A stretch of 56,217 bases of DNA from Candidatus Paceibacter sp. (GCA_020724845.1 DYGE01000001.1:1-56217); one strand, 5' to 3'; counted from the stretch's first letter, positions 32,413 to 41,674 are shown. Numbers and translations are program-made. The notes: generated by a model not told the origin, from the letters alone.

Positions 32413-33657
32413 TCTTATCTCGTCAATGCCGAGGTATGGCGCTAAAACTTCAGGAACCTTTACCGTACCCTCTTTGGTTTGGTAATTTTCTATAATGGCG
32501 ATTAATGTTCTGCCAATGGCAAAGGCAGTGCCGTTAAGCATGTGGACATGCTTAACATTTGACATTTGACCGTTGACATTTGACCGATATTTTATATTCA
32601 AGCGTCTTGCTTGGTAGTCTGTGGTATTGGAAGTAGAGTGAGTCTCGCGATACTCCCCCTTTCCGCCGTTTTGGCCCGGCATCCAGGCCTCAATGTCATA
32701 TTTTGCGGCCGCAGGATCCCCTAAGTCGCCGGAGCAGATATCTACGACACGATAAGGCAACTTGAGCGCCTGCATTAACCTTTCTTGAATTGAAAGCAGG
32801 AGACGATGTTCTTTTTCTGAATCTTCGGGCTTTGTAAAGCTGAACATTTCTACTTTATCGAACTGATGGACCCGCAGAATTCCCTTAGTGTCTTTGCCGT
32901 GGGAACCGGCTTCCCGCCTGAAGCAAGAAGAAAAAGCGATATAGCGTTTCGGCAAATCCGCTTCTTCAAACGTTTCATCCATATGCATCGGCCCGATTGA
33001 TTGTTCCGAAGTGCCAACCAGATACAGATTGTCCGCGGGCAGATAGTAAATTTCATCCCGCCCTCTTTCCAGGTATCCCATTGACCACATTGATTTTTCA
33101 TTGATCAAAGTCGGCGGGATAACCGGTGAAAAACCTTCGCTGGCGGCGGTTTTCATTGCCAAGTTGACTAACGCCAGCTCCAGCAAGGCCGCGGCATTCT
33201 TTAGGTATCCGAACCTGCTACCGGACACTTTTGCGGCTCTTTCAATATCGATTAGATCTAGCTTAGTGGCGATAGCCAGGTAATCCGCGGGATTCTCCAG
33301 TCTCGGCTTTTCTCCGACTTCCCGCAGGATTTTGTTTTCTGACTCATCTTTGCCTATCGGCACCGACTTAAGCGGCGGGTTTGGCATTAAATGCAGAACT
33401 TCCTGCCTCATTTTATTGAGGTCGGCTATATCCGCTTCTATCTTTTTCAATGCCTCTTTCATCTCCTTGGCTTTGGCGATATCAGCCTTGCCTAATTTTT
33501 TTTGTTCCGCCCGCAAATCATCGAATTTCTTTACTTCTTGCCGCCATTTTTCATCCAATTCCAAGAACTTGTCCACCAAGGATGGATCGGCGTTTTTTGC
33601 CTGAATCCCGGATTTTATTTCTTCCGGGTTATTTCTGATTAAATTTACGTCTAGCAT
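32410..33657 (-). CDS. serS: Seryl-tRNA synthetase
   Basis: N-terminal coiled-coil arm (MLDVNLIRNNPEE...) and class II motifs FRREAGS...GILRVHQF and HMLNGTAFAIGRTLIAIIENYQ. Confidence 0.95.
   Translation of the reverse strand: MLDVNLIRNNPEEIKSGIQAKNADPSLVDKFLELDEKWRQEVKKFDDLRAEQKKLGKADIAKAKEMKEALKKIEADIADLNKMRQEVLHLMPNPPLKSVPIGKDESENKILREVGEKPRLENPADYLAIATKLDLIDIERAAKVSGSRFGYLKNAAALLELALVNLAMKTAASEGFSPVIPPTLINEKSMWSMGYLERGRDEIYYLPADNLYLVGTSEQSIGPMHMDETFEEADLPKRYIAFSSCFRREAGSHGKDTKGILRVHQFDKVEMFSFTKPEDSEKEHRLLLSIQERLMQALKLPYRVVDICSGDLGDPAAAKYDIEAWMPGQNGGKGEYRETHSTSNTTDYQARRLNIKYRSNVNGQMSNVKHVHMLNGTAFAIGRTLIAIIENYQTKEGTVKVPEVLAPYLGIDEIR
32557..32584. repeat. Heptanucleotide tandem array (NNTTGAC x4), in frame inside serS
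   Basis: ATTTGAC ATTTGAC CGTTGAC ATTTGAC with a strict 7-bp period. Translated (minus strand) as ...SNVNGQMSNVK... in a variable loop just before the conserved HMLNGT. Confidence 0.9.
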
Positions 33658-33662
33658 GGGAA

Positions 33663-35054
33663 TTATTCTTCTTTTTTTGGTTTTAAAGTCGGGAAAGCTA
33701 TGATCTCTTTAATAGAGTGCGTGCCGGTTAAAATAGCGGTCAGGCGATCAATGCCGATGCCCAAGCCAGCTGCTGGCGGCATTCCATACTCAAGCGACTC
33801 CAAAAAATCCTCGTCCAAGCGCGAAGCTTCTTCATTGCCGGAACGGAATAATTGTTCTTGTTCTTCCATCTGTTTCCGTTGCTTCTCCGGATCATTCATT
33901 TCGGAAAATCCTTTTATAATCTCCGGACCTCCCGGAGCGCCGGTATCCTCGCTGCCAGCTATAAGCTGGAAGCTTTCGGTTAATTTTTCGTTGTCTTTTT
34001 TGAACTTAGCGAGCGGCATAATCATTGCCGGGTAATCGGTCACCAAAGTAGTTTTTCTAATCTTTCCAGCTAAGCGAATTTCTTTTTTGTAGACCTCCTC
34101 TAGTTTTTCCGCGCCAAACTCCTCCCAATTTTTACCAGTGTGCTTTTGAATAAGATCCGAGAAAGTCGTAGTTTCCCATTTCCATTCGCCGCCTTTGAAT
34201 TCCCGCCAGATATTTTTTAAAACTCCTTCTATGAATTTAATCAATCCCCGGTAATCCTGATAAGCCCAGTAGAGCTCCAAGGTGGTAAATTCCGGATTGT
34301 GATCCCTGTCCATGCCTTCGTTTCTGAAGCTTTTACCGATTTCAAAAACTTTTTCCAGTCCCCCTACCAGCAACCTTTTCAAGTAAAGCTCCGGCGCTAT
34401 TCTCAAATAAAAATCGGCATCAAGTGAATTATGATGCGTTTTGAACGGCCTGGCAGTGGCGCCGCCTGGAATCGGCTGGAGTATCGGGGTTTCTACCTCC
34501 AGAAAATCTTCTCTTTCCAAAGACTCTCTTAGCTTTCGGACTATCTTAGACCTATTGATCAAGGAATCTTGAACCCTTTGGTTAATCAAAATATCAAGGT
34601 ATCTTTTTCGATATCTTTCTTCTACGTCTTTGAGGCCGTGCCATCCGGATGGCAGAGGGCGCAAGCTTTTCACTAGCGGCGTCAAGGTTTCTACGTTAAC
34701 GCTTTTTTCTCCTTTTTTTGTTTTAAACAAGCTTCCTGTGACCGAAACAAAATCCCCGATGTCCAGATTTTCTTTTAAAATATCAAAGTTTTCCGATCTT
34801 TTTTTATTCAATACCGCCTGTATTTTGCCGCTATTGTCTTTCAGGTCTAAAAACATGACGCCGCCTTGGGCGCGCATTCCCATAATTCTGCCGCTTATTG
34901 TCAAAGTTTTTTGCATCAGGGACAAAAACAAAAAGCGACGAGCTGCGTCACCGATACGATAATCTCTTTTGCTAGTGCTGGGGTAAACATCGTAGCCAGC
35001 CTTTTTTAAATTGTCGCGCTTTTTTTCCCGCTCTTTGATTATGTCTTCGAGCAT
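33663..35054 (-). CDS. lysS: Lysyl-tRNA synthetase, class II
   Basis: OB-fold N-domain, then FLEVETPILQ, FRNEG...HNPEFT and GLGIGIDRLTAILTG motifs. Confidence 0.95.
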   Translation of the reverse strand: MLEDIIKEREKKRDNLKKAGYDVYPSTSKRDYRIGDAARRFLFLSLMQKTLTISGRIMGMRAQGGVMFLDLKDNSGKIQAVLNKKRSENFDILKENLDIGDFVSVTGSLFKTKKGEKSVNVETLTPLVKSLRPLPSGWHGLKDVEERYRKRYLDILINQRVQDSLINRSKIVRKLRESLEREDFLEVETPILQPIPGGATARPFKTHHNSLDADFYLRIAPELYLKRLLVGGLEKVFEIGKSFRNEGMDRDHNPEFTTLELYWAYQDYRGLIKFIEGVLKNIWREFKGGEWKWETTTFSDLIQKHTGKNWEEFGAEKLEEVYKKEIRLAGKIRKTTLVTDYPAMIMPLAKFKKDNEKLTESFQLIAGSEDTGAPGGPEIIKGFSEMNDPEKQRKQMEEQEQLFRSGNEEASRLDEDFLESLEYGMPPAAGLGIGIDRLTAILTGTHSIKEIIAFPTLKPKKEE

Positions 35055-35061
35055 TCATTGC

Positions 35062-35136
35062 AGCGTTTAGCGTTTAGCGGCTAGCGGTTAGAGAAAAATT
35101 AATCTCTGAACGCTATACGCTTATGCTGCACGCTTA
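35062..35136. repeat. Two inverted heptanucleotide arrays (AGCGTTT-type x4 and AACGCTA-type x4) filling the greA-lysS intergenic region
   Basis: 35062-35089: AGCGTTT AGCGTTT AGCGGCT AGCGGTT. 35109-35136: AACGCTA TACGCTT ATGCTGC ACGCTTA. The central AGAGA...TCTCT completes an imperfect long hairpin. Confidence 0.85.
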
Positions 35137-35598
35137 TTCTATGGACAAAATAGTGTATTCGGCTTTCCCGCTGGGAGTGGTGACAGTCACTTTTGCCCCT
35201 GTCGTCTTATTCAAAAAGGAGCTGCCCAAAGGCGATTCATTGGATATTAAGCCTTCGGCGGGATTGGCTTCATTGGAACCGACGATGGTAAACTTTTTCA
35301 CTTCCCCGTTCTTCTCAACTTGGATGGTTGAACCGACCGAAACAGTAGTTGTTGATCCGGTTTTTTCAATAATCTGGGCATTTTTTATCATGTCTTCCAG
35401 CTCGCTGATCCTGGTTTCTACTTGCGCCTGTTCTTCGCGAGCTTCAAAATACTCGGAATTTTCCGACAAGTCGCCAAGTTCTTTTGCTCTTTTTAATCTT
35501 TCTCCCACCTCAATCCTTTTTCTGGTCTTTAAATCAGCCAGCTCCTCTTTTAATTTTTCTAGCCTTTCTTTGGTGAAATATTGTTGTTTTTCGGCCAT
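35134..35598 (-). CDS. greA: Transcription elongation factor GreA
   Basis: N-terminal coiled coil with GDLSENSEY and a C-terminal FKBP-like domain ending YTILSIE. Confidence 0.92.
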   Translation of the reverse strand: MAEKQQYFTKERLEKLKEELADLKTRKRIEVGERLKRAKELGDLSENSEYFEAREEQAQVETRISELEDMIKNAQIIEKTGSTTTVSVGSTIQVEKNGEVKKFTIVGSNEANPAEGLISNESPLGSSFLNKTTGAKVTVTTPSGKAEYTILSIE

Positions 35599-35647
35599 AA
35601 ATTTTAAGTTAAAGTAAAGTTTATATATTTTTTAGCGCAATTGCAAG

Positions 35648-36376
35648 TCAGCCGTTATAAGCTCCTCGCCAAAGCCACCAACGTATTTTAACAGTTTCCC
35701 ATAGGACTTGTAAATAAGTTGATAAACGGACATGGCTCCGCGGGTCATTGACCCAGAATACGGGCATCTCTTTAATCTTATAACCCAATTTTTCTGCCAG
35801 AGCCAAAGATTCCGCGTCAAAACCCCAGCGGTCAATCTTTGTCAGCGTAAAGATCCTTTCAGCCGCTTCATCAGAAAAGCATTTAAATCCGCACTGGGTA
35901 TCCCAGATACCCGGCAAGAGAAGCGCCTGGATGAACAAATTTCCCATATTGCCGAGCGTTCTTTTATACAGGGGTTGAGGCGGAGACATTCTTGATCCTT
36001 TGACGTGCCGGGATCCGATTACCACTTCGTAGCCGTCCTTGAAATAAGGAATCATTTTGTTAAATTCGACGATCGAAGTGGAGTTATCCGCGTCCATGAA
36101 AAGGCGCCAGGTGCCCTTGGCAGCCAGCATCCCCTGCTTCACTGCGGCCCCCTTGCCTTTATTTTCCTTGTTGTCAATTAATTTCAAGTTTATCAATAAA
36201 GGCGCGAAGCGATTAACTATTTCCGCGGTTTCGTCAGTTGATCCGTCATTGATGACTAAAATTTCATATGAATACTCCTGTTCCTGCAGATGTTTGTCAA
36301 CATCAATAAGCGTCAGCGGCAAGCGCTTTGCTTCATTATAGGCGGGTATTATGACCGATAAAAATGGCCGAGCCAT
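35648..36376 (-). CDS. Family 2 glycosyltransferase (polyprenyl-phosphate glycosyltransferase-like)
   Basis: LSVIIPAYNEAKRLP, INDGSTDET and FMDADNS (DxD) motifs. Confidence 0.88.
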   Translation of the reverse strand: MARPFLSVIIPAYNEAKRLPLTLIDVDKHLQEQEYSYEILVINDGSTDETAEIVNRFAPLLINLKLIDNKENKGKGAAVKQGMLAAKGTWRLFMDADNSTSIVEFNKMIPYFKDGYEVVIGSRHVKGSRMSPPQPLYKRTLGNMGNLFIQALLLPGIWDTQCGFKCFSDEAAERIFTLTKIDRWGFDAESLALAEKLGYKIKEMPVFWVNDPRSHVRLSTYLQVLWETVKIRWWLWRGAYNG

Positions 36377-36402
36377 ATACTTAGATTATAACAAAAAAGA
36401 CG

Positions 36403-36594
36403 CTATTTAGCGTCTTGAGGAGGATTGTGAGCTGCGTTTTTCGGCTTTTGTTTCAAAGTTTTAGCAAGTACGGCCCAGTAAATCAAGAAAAAAAGACAAA
36501 ATGCGGTTAGAACCAGATTTGGAACAGAAAAGGTGAAAAATACGATACCGGCTACGTGCAGCGCTATCATACCCAAGCAGAAATAATATCCCAC
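36403..36594 (-). CDS. Small two-TM membrane protein (63 aa)
   Basis: GTG start in the track. Two hydrophobic helices. No motif recognised. Confidence 0.4.
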   Translation of the reverse strand: MGYYFCLGMIALHVAGIVFFTFSVPNLVLTAFCLFFLIYWAVLAKTLKQKPKNAAHNPPQDAK

Positions 36595-36669
36595 GCACTC
36601 TTCTTTTGTTAATTAGGAAACTATATATGATGTTAGGGTATTTTTTTGAAAAAAGAAAGCCCGTAACTG

Positions 36670-37422
36670 TTACCTGGTCAATATCTCCGGATCTTTCTTG
36701 GTGATCAGCACGGTATGCTCAAAGTGAGCGCTTAAACTGCCGTCTCGCATTGCGTAGCTGTCATCTGGCAGCTGGAGTATGTAAGGATCCCCCGCGCTGA
36801 CCATAGGTTCTAGAGCCAAGACCATTCCCGGTTTTAATTTAAGCCCGGTGTTTTTTTGCCCTTCATTGAATACCGGCGGATCCTCGTGCAGTTCTCGGCC
36901 CACCCCGTGACCCGTCAAACCTTTGACTACCTTGAAGCCATTTTTGGTTACGTAGTTGTTTATGGCCCAGCCGATATCCCCCAAGGTCTTATTGGGCCTG
37001 CATTCTTTAATGCCTACTGCCAGCGAGTTTCTGGTTACATCCATTAGCCGCTTGGCGGTTTCGGACATTTTTCCCACGCCAACGGTAAACGCGGAATCGG
37101 CGATGTAGCCCTGATAAGTTACGCCGAAATCCAGCGATATTAAATCCCCTGATTTCAGTTGGTAACCAGTTGGCCTGCCGTGGACTACAACCTCGTTGAG
37201 CGAGGAACAAATTGAAGCCGGGAATGGCTCACTGGCGCCATACGGCTGATAGCCAAGAAAAGTCGGTTCAGCGCCGGCTTTTTCTATGAGATTTCGCGTT
37301 AGGTTATCCAATTCTCTTAGAGAAACTCCTTCTCGGATGGATTCCTTTACCTTTTTAGCCACGCTAGCTAGAATCTTTCCGGCGATTCTTATTAATTTAA
37401 TTTCTTCCGGTTTTTTAACCAT
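36670..37422 (-). CDS. map: Methionine aminopeptidase, type I
   Basis: VVHGRP, DFGVTYQGYIADSA, GHGVGRELHE and LALEP...HFEHTVLIT metal-ligand pattern. Confidence 0.95.
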   Translation of the reverse strand: MVKKPEEIKLIRIAGKILASVAKKVKESIREGVSLRELDNLTRNLIEKAGAEPTFLGYQPYGASEPFPASICSSLNEVVVHGRPTGYQLKSGDLISLDFGVTYQGYIADSAFTVGVGKMSETAKRLMDVTRNSLAVGIKECRPNKTLGDIGWAINNYVTKNGFKVVKGLTGHGVGRELHEDPPVFNEGQKNTGLKLKPGMVLALEPMVSAGDPYILQLPDDSYAMRDGSLSAHFEHTVLITKKDPEILTR

Positions 37423-38110
37423 CTATTGATTTTAATTTTCTCAAAACTTCTTCAGATACATTATAGGGTAGGGACTTGGCATCCACTTTAAAAACTTCGT
37501 ATCCTCTTTCTTCCAATCCGGCTAAAACAGGCGCGGTTCGGTCTTGATATTCTTTGATTCTAGTTTCAAAAACTTCAGGATTGTCTACGGCTCTTTTATA
37601 AAGTTTGCCCCCACAAATCGGACAGGTAGAGTGGGCGTGAGTTTCGTCATTGTACAAAATAGCAGCGCCACAAAATTCGCAAATCTTTCTATTTTTATTT
37701 CGTAAAATTGAGATTTTTGGATCTATATCCAAGAAGATAGGGACAACATTTTCTTTCCCGTATAACCTTTCTAAGGACGAAATTAATCCCTCATTTTTTT
37801 CGTCCCCAAAAGCTTCAAAGACTGTTCTCGGCGAGCCGCTGAAAACTAGGCCAAAACCGGACTTGGCGATTTCTTCTGATTTTTTCTTCACTATTTTTAG
37901 AATCCAGCTAGGAGTAGTTAAAACACCGGTATCAAAATTCCTTCTTTCTCGCTGAATTTCTTGATCATTTTGATTAGCAGGATCATGCACTACCTGCTCA
38001 ATAAATTTTCCGGTATCAAAGTGGACCATGCCCAGCTTGCCTGCAAGTAGGTTTGCCTGCGTTCCCTTCCCCGCTCCCGGCGGACCATAAAACATTACCA
38101 CCTTTTTCAT
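37415..38110 (-). CDS. adk: Adenylate kinase with zinc-ribbon lid
   Basis: P-loop GPPGAGKGTQ. The lid carries CEFCG...CPICGG. Confidence 0.92.
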   Translation of the reverse strand: MKKVVMFYGPPGAGKGTQANLLAGKLGMVHFDTGKFIEQVVHDPANQNDQEIQRERRNFDTGVLTTPSWILKIVKKKSEEIAKSGFGLVFSGSPRTVFEAFGDEKNEGLISSLERLYGKENVVPIFLDIDPKISILRNKNRKICEFCGAAILYNDETHAHSTCPICGGKLYKRAVDNPEVFETRIKEYQDRTAPVLAGLEERGYEVFKVDAKSLPYNVSEEVLRKLKSIDG

Positions 38111-38143
38111 ATGGGTTTATTATAACAGTTAAGTGAGGATATT

Positions 38144-39403
38144 CTAGTATTCTCTGATTGAGAGATGCGAGTCAACTTGGCGCATTATTTCAATAGCCAC
38201 GGAAACTACAATGAGCAGCGCGGTGCCGCCAAGCGTCAGTAGTTGTATGCCGGTTATGATTTGGGTTATATTCGGCAGAATTGCGATAATACCCAAAAAT
38301 AGCGCGCCGAATAAGGTAGTTCGATTGATAATCTTTCCCAGATACTCTCCCGTTGGTTCGCCTGGCCGGATTCCCGGAATAAAGCCGCCGCTGCGTTGTA
38401 AATTTTTGGCAATTTCTTGGGGGTCAAAAGTGACAGCGGTGTAAAAATAAGTAAATAATACTACCAGCAAGAAATAGAAAGAGCTGTAAATCAGCTGATT
38501 AGACAAAAATCTATTCACTAAGTCGGTTAAGCGGATAGACAGATCGCTAGAGACAAAGGCGGAGATTTGCGCTATAAATTGCGGGAAAAGCAGCAAAGAA
38601 ATCGCGAAAATGATCGGTATAACTCCTGCCTGATTCACCTTAAGCGGCAAGTAACTGGAAACTCCTCCGTAGACCCGGTTTCCTCTAACTCTTTTGGAAT
38701 AAGAAATGGGTATTTTTCTTTCTCCTTCATTTATGAATACCACCCCGGCAATTACCACTATTCCCAGGATTAAGAAAGCTACATAAGTAGGTATTAAGCT
38801 GGGATCGTATCCAAAAATGATCCCCTGGATGGTACTCGGCAAAGCGCTGACGATACCCGCAAAAATTAAGAGGGACACTCCGTTTCCTATCTTTTGTTCG
38901 GTGATTAAATCTCCTAACCACATTAAGAACACCGAACCGGCAGTGATTACAGTTACGTTTCTTATGATGTCAAAGAGCGATAAAGACGAGATGACCTGTT
39001 GGGAGATCAATAAATTTAAGAAGCCGTATGCCTGTAAGGCGGCCAATGGCACGGTCAGATAATGGGAGTAGCGGTTGAATTTAGCTCTGCCTGCCTCCCC
39101 CTGCTCGTAATAAATCTCCTTTAATTGGGGGAAGATCATGGTCAAAAGCTGCATAATGATAGTGGCGGTAATATAAGGTCCGACACCCAACATGACAATT
39201 GAGAGGTTGGCTAAAGCCCCTCCGGAGAAAATATTGAAAAAACCAAGCAGTTGATTGGAAGACAAGAAGGAACTCAGCCGTTCCGCGTCTACGCCTGGTA
39301 TTGGAATGGCGGAAAAAAGCCTAAAAACCAGCAAAAGCCCGGCTACTACCAGAATTTTTTTCCTAAGTTCGGGTATTTGGAATATTAGTAAGAATTTTTT
39401 CAT
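38144..39403 (-). CDS. secY: Preprotein translocase subunit SecY
   Basis: 10-TM protein at the canonical position after rplO. Typical FNIFSGGAL and GIRPG motifs. Confidence 0.95.
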   Translation of the reverse strand: MKKFLLIFQIPELRKKILVVAGLLLVFRLFSAIPIPGVDAERLSSFLSSNQLLGFFNIFSGGALANLSIVMLGVGPYITATIIMQLLTMIFPQLKEIYYEQGEAGRAKFNRYSHYLTVPLAALQAYGFLNLLISQQVISSLSLFDIIRNVTVITAGSVFLMWLGDLITEQKIGNGVSLLIFAGIVSALPSTIQGIIFGYDPSLIPTYVAFLILGIVVIAGVVFINEGERKIPISYSKRVRGNRVYGGVSSYLPLKVNQAGVIPIIFAISLLLFPQFIAQISAFVSSDLSIRLTDLVNRFLSNQLIYSSFYFLLVVLFTYFYTAVTFDPQEIAKNLQRSGGFIPGIRPGEPTGEYLGKIINRTTLFGALFLGIIAILPNITQIITGIQLLTLGGTALLIVVSVAIEIMRQVDSHLSIREY

Positions 39404-39405
39404 CT

Positions 39406-39804
39406 TTAGGCGTTATCGATTGCGATTACTTTCCCGCCAGCTTTTTCAATTTTTTCTTTTGCTGACTTTGAGACTGGCAATCCTTTGACTGTTATGCTTC
39501 TTTTTAACTCTCCATCGCCCAAAATCTTGATATTACCCAAGTTTTGTTTAGTGAAAAAGTCATCCTTTAAGCCATTGAGATCGCCAATGTTAATTACCTT
39601 GGGTTTGCCTTCAAGCGGTTTATTCTTGTACCCGCGCAGCTTCGGAATTCTAATAAGCAGATCTCTCTCCGCCGGCCTTATTCTGTGGCCGGATCGCGAT
39701 CTTTGGCCTTTTGTGCCTCTGCCGGCTGTGGTTCCCCTCTTTCCGCCGCGCGCTATGCGCTTGCTTTTTTTATTTTTATTTTTTGAGTTCTTAAAAATTT
39801 CCAT
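39406..39804 (-). CDS. rplO: 50S ribosomal protein L15
   Basis: Gly/Arg/Lys-rich N-terminus (GRGTKGQRSRSG) at the canonical position before secY. Confidence 0.9.
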   Translation of the reverse strand: MEIFKNSKNKNKKSKRIARGGKRGTTAGRGTKGQRSRSGHRIRPAERDLLIRIPKLRGYKNKPLEGKPKVINIGDLNGLKDDFFTKQNLGNIKILGDGELKRSITVKGLPVSKSAKEKIEKAGGKVIAIDNA

Positions 39805-39814
39805 ATATAGAATA

Positions 39815-40327
39815 TTACTCTGGCTGCTTTAATTCCTTAAGGGCTTTCATAGTGGCCAGCGCGTTAGTGAGCTTATTATTGGTTCTGCCTAAGCATTTGG
39901 CGGTAGCATCCTTGACTCCGGCTAGCAAAAGCACTACTCGAGCCGCGCCGCCCGCTTTAAGGCCGTTTCCTTTAGGGGCGGGTCGGATCAAAACTTTGGC
40001 AGCGCTGAATTTGGCTTGCACTTCATGAGGGATGGTCCTGCCTTTTAGAGGAATTTTATAAAGATTCTTCTTCGCGTCCCGCTTTGCTTTTTGGATTGCC
40101 GACTGGACGTCGGCGCCTTTGGCTATTCCTACTCCGACGTTTCCTTCTTCATCTCCGATAACGAGAGTTACCCTGAATTTGAATCTTTTGCCTCCGGCCA
40201 TTACGCGAGTAACGCGGCGGAGATCAAGAACCTTTTCCTTAAAAGGATCTTTAATGAAGTCCTCTCTTCTTCTTGAGGGCCTGCGGCCTCTGCCGCCTTG
40301 CATTCTTTGTGGTGTTTTGTTATCCAT
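39815..40327 (-). CDS. rpsE: 30S ribosomal protein S5
   Basis: RVTRVMAGGKRFKFRVTLVIGDEEGNVGVGIAKG and ...AAGVKD patterns. Only 10 nt separate it from rplO, so there is no rpmD. Confidence 0.93.
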   Translation of the reverse strand: MDNKTPQRMQGGRGRRPSRRREDFIKDPFKEKVLDLRRVTRVMAGGKRFKFRVTLVIGDEEGNVGVGIAKGADVQSAIQKAKRDAKKNLYKIPLKGRTIPHEVQAKFSAAKVLIRPAPKGNGLKAGGAARVVLLLAGVKDATAKCLGRTNNKLTNALATMKALKELKQPE

Positions 40328-40340
40328 TTTTGAAATTTAT

Positions 40341-40694
40341 TTAAATTTTTAAACCTTTAGCGCGAGCGCCTTCCGTAAGCGCCTGAACTCTGCCGTGATA
40401 GGCGTAGCTCCCCTTATTTAGCACTGCTTCCGATATCCCTATTTCTTTGGCTTTAGTCGCCAGTTGTTCGCCCAGGATCCTGGCCTGCTCTGCCTTGTTT
40501 CCTTTCTTAGAAAGGTTTCTGGTTGAAGATGATAACAGCGTTTTTTGATTTAGGTCATCAATCAGTTGGGCATACAGATATTTATTGCTTCGGAATACCG
40601 AAAGCCTCGGCTTAGAGCCGCTGCCGATTATTTTCGCGCGATTCCTGGCCTTCCTCCTTTCGCGAGTAATGTTTTTTAATTTCCTGCTTTTCAT
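40341..40694 (-). CDS. rplR: 50S ribosomal protein L18
   Basis: PRLSVFRSNKYLYAQLIDD and a C-terminal YHGRVQALTEGARAKGLKI. Confidence 0.93.
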   Translation of the reverse strand: MKSRKLKNITRERRKARNRAKIIGSGSKPRLSVFRSNKYLYAQLIDDLNQKTLLSSSTRNLSKKGNKAEQARILGEQLATKAKEIGISEAVLNKGSYAYHGRVQALTEGARAKGLKI

Positions 40695-40708
40695 ATGGTT
40701 CTGTTGTT

Positions 40709-41263
40709 TTATGCGGCTCCGCCGGTGGCGCCGGCTACTTTCTTGCCCGCTTTAATTTTCACGACCTCGTTCTTATAACGGATACCCTTTCCTTTATATG
40801 GCTCTGGTTTTCTTACGGCTCGGATTTTTGCGGCAGTTTCTCCCACTAGGCCTTTATCAAATCCGGATATTTTTATGACAGATTTTTCTACCGCAATTTT
40901 GATGCCTTCAGGCGTGGGGAACTTCACCGGATGAGAAAAGCCGACGTTCAAGACCAGGGTATTTCCTTCCATTAATGCCCGATAACCTACTCCTTGTATT
41001 TCTAATTCTTTAACGAATCCGCCGCTGACCCCGTTCACCGCGTTGTTAGCCAGGGCCCTCATAGTGCCCCAATTGGCGCGAGTTTGGTTTTCTTCATTGG
41101 CGGCAGAAACTATTAGCTGATTATCTTTAACTTCAACTATAGTATCAGGCAAGATTTTTAATGACAAATTTCCTTCTTTGCCGCGAACCTCAAGAACGCT
41201 CTCGTCAACTTTGACGTTTACGCCTTCCGGTATCATAATTGGTTTTTTCCCTACTTTACTCAT
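40709..41263 (-). CDS. rplF: 50S ribosomal protein L6
   Basis: MSKVGKKPIMIPEGVNV... with duplicated L6 domains and PEPYKGKGIRY. Confidence 0.93.
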   Translation of the reverse strand: MSKVGKKPIMIPEGVNVKVDESVLEVRGKEGNLSLKILPDTIVEVKDNQLIVSAANEENQTRANWGTMRALANNAVNGVSGGFVKELEIQGVGYRALMEGNTLVLNVGFSHPVKFPTPEGIKIAVEKSVIKISGFDKGLVGETAAKIRAVRKPEPYKGKGIRYKNEVVKIKAGKKVAGATGGAA

Positions 41264-41280
41264 AGTGTTTATTAATAGAA

Positions 41281-41664
41281 TTACCAGACTTCAAATAATA
41301 CTTGGCCACCTAATTTGTTCTTTTTGGCCTCCTTGCCATCCATAACGCCCTTTGGCGTGGAAAGAATGAGTACGCCGTACCCTTGCCTTACCGGTTTTAT
41401 TTCTTTATAGCCCACATATATCTTGCGGGAAGGTTTGCTAAGTATCCTGACCCCCTGGATCGCTCCTCTGCCGGTTTTGTCGTATTTAAGTTTTACGTCT
41501 AAAACTCTTTTTGGCAGCCTGCCTTTTTTGAATGCGCCTTCAAGAAACTTATTCTTTGCCAGGATTTCTGCAACCGCAAAATCCATATTTGAATAAGGCA
41601 TTTTCACGCTGTCCTTTTTTACAGCTTGCGCGTTTTTAATTTTGGTTAGTAAATCTAAATACAT
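41281..41664 (-). CDS. rpsH: 30S ribosomal protein S8
   Basis: DLLTKIKNAQ... and a C-terminal GGQVLFEVW. Confidence 0.93.
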   Translation of the reverse strand: MYLDLLTKIKNAQAVKKDSVKMPYSNMDFAVAEILAKNKFLEGAFKKGRLPKRVLDVKLKYDKTGRGAIQGVRILSKPSRKIYVGYKEIKPVRQGYGVLILSTPKGVMDGKEAKKNKLGGQVLFEVW

Positions 41665-41674
41665 ATTTTTATTT

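Noticed and set aside
35062-35136. Heptamer arrays considered as a CRISPR array
   Set aside because: The units are 7 bp and directly abutting, with no spacers. No cas genes are present. These are short tandem repeats, not CRISPR.
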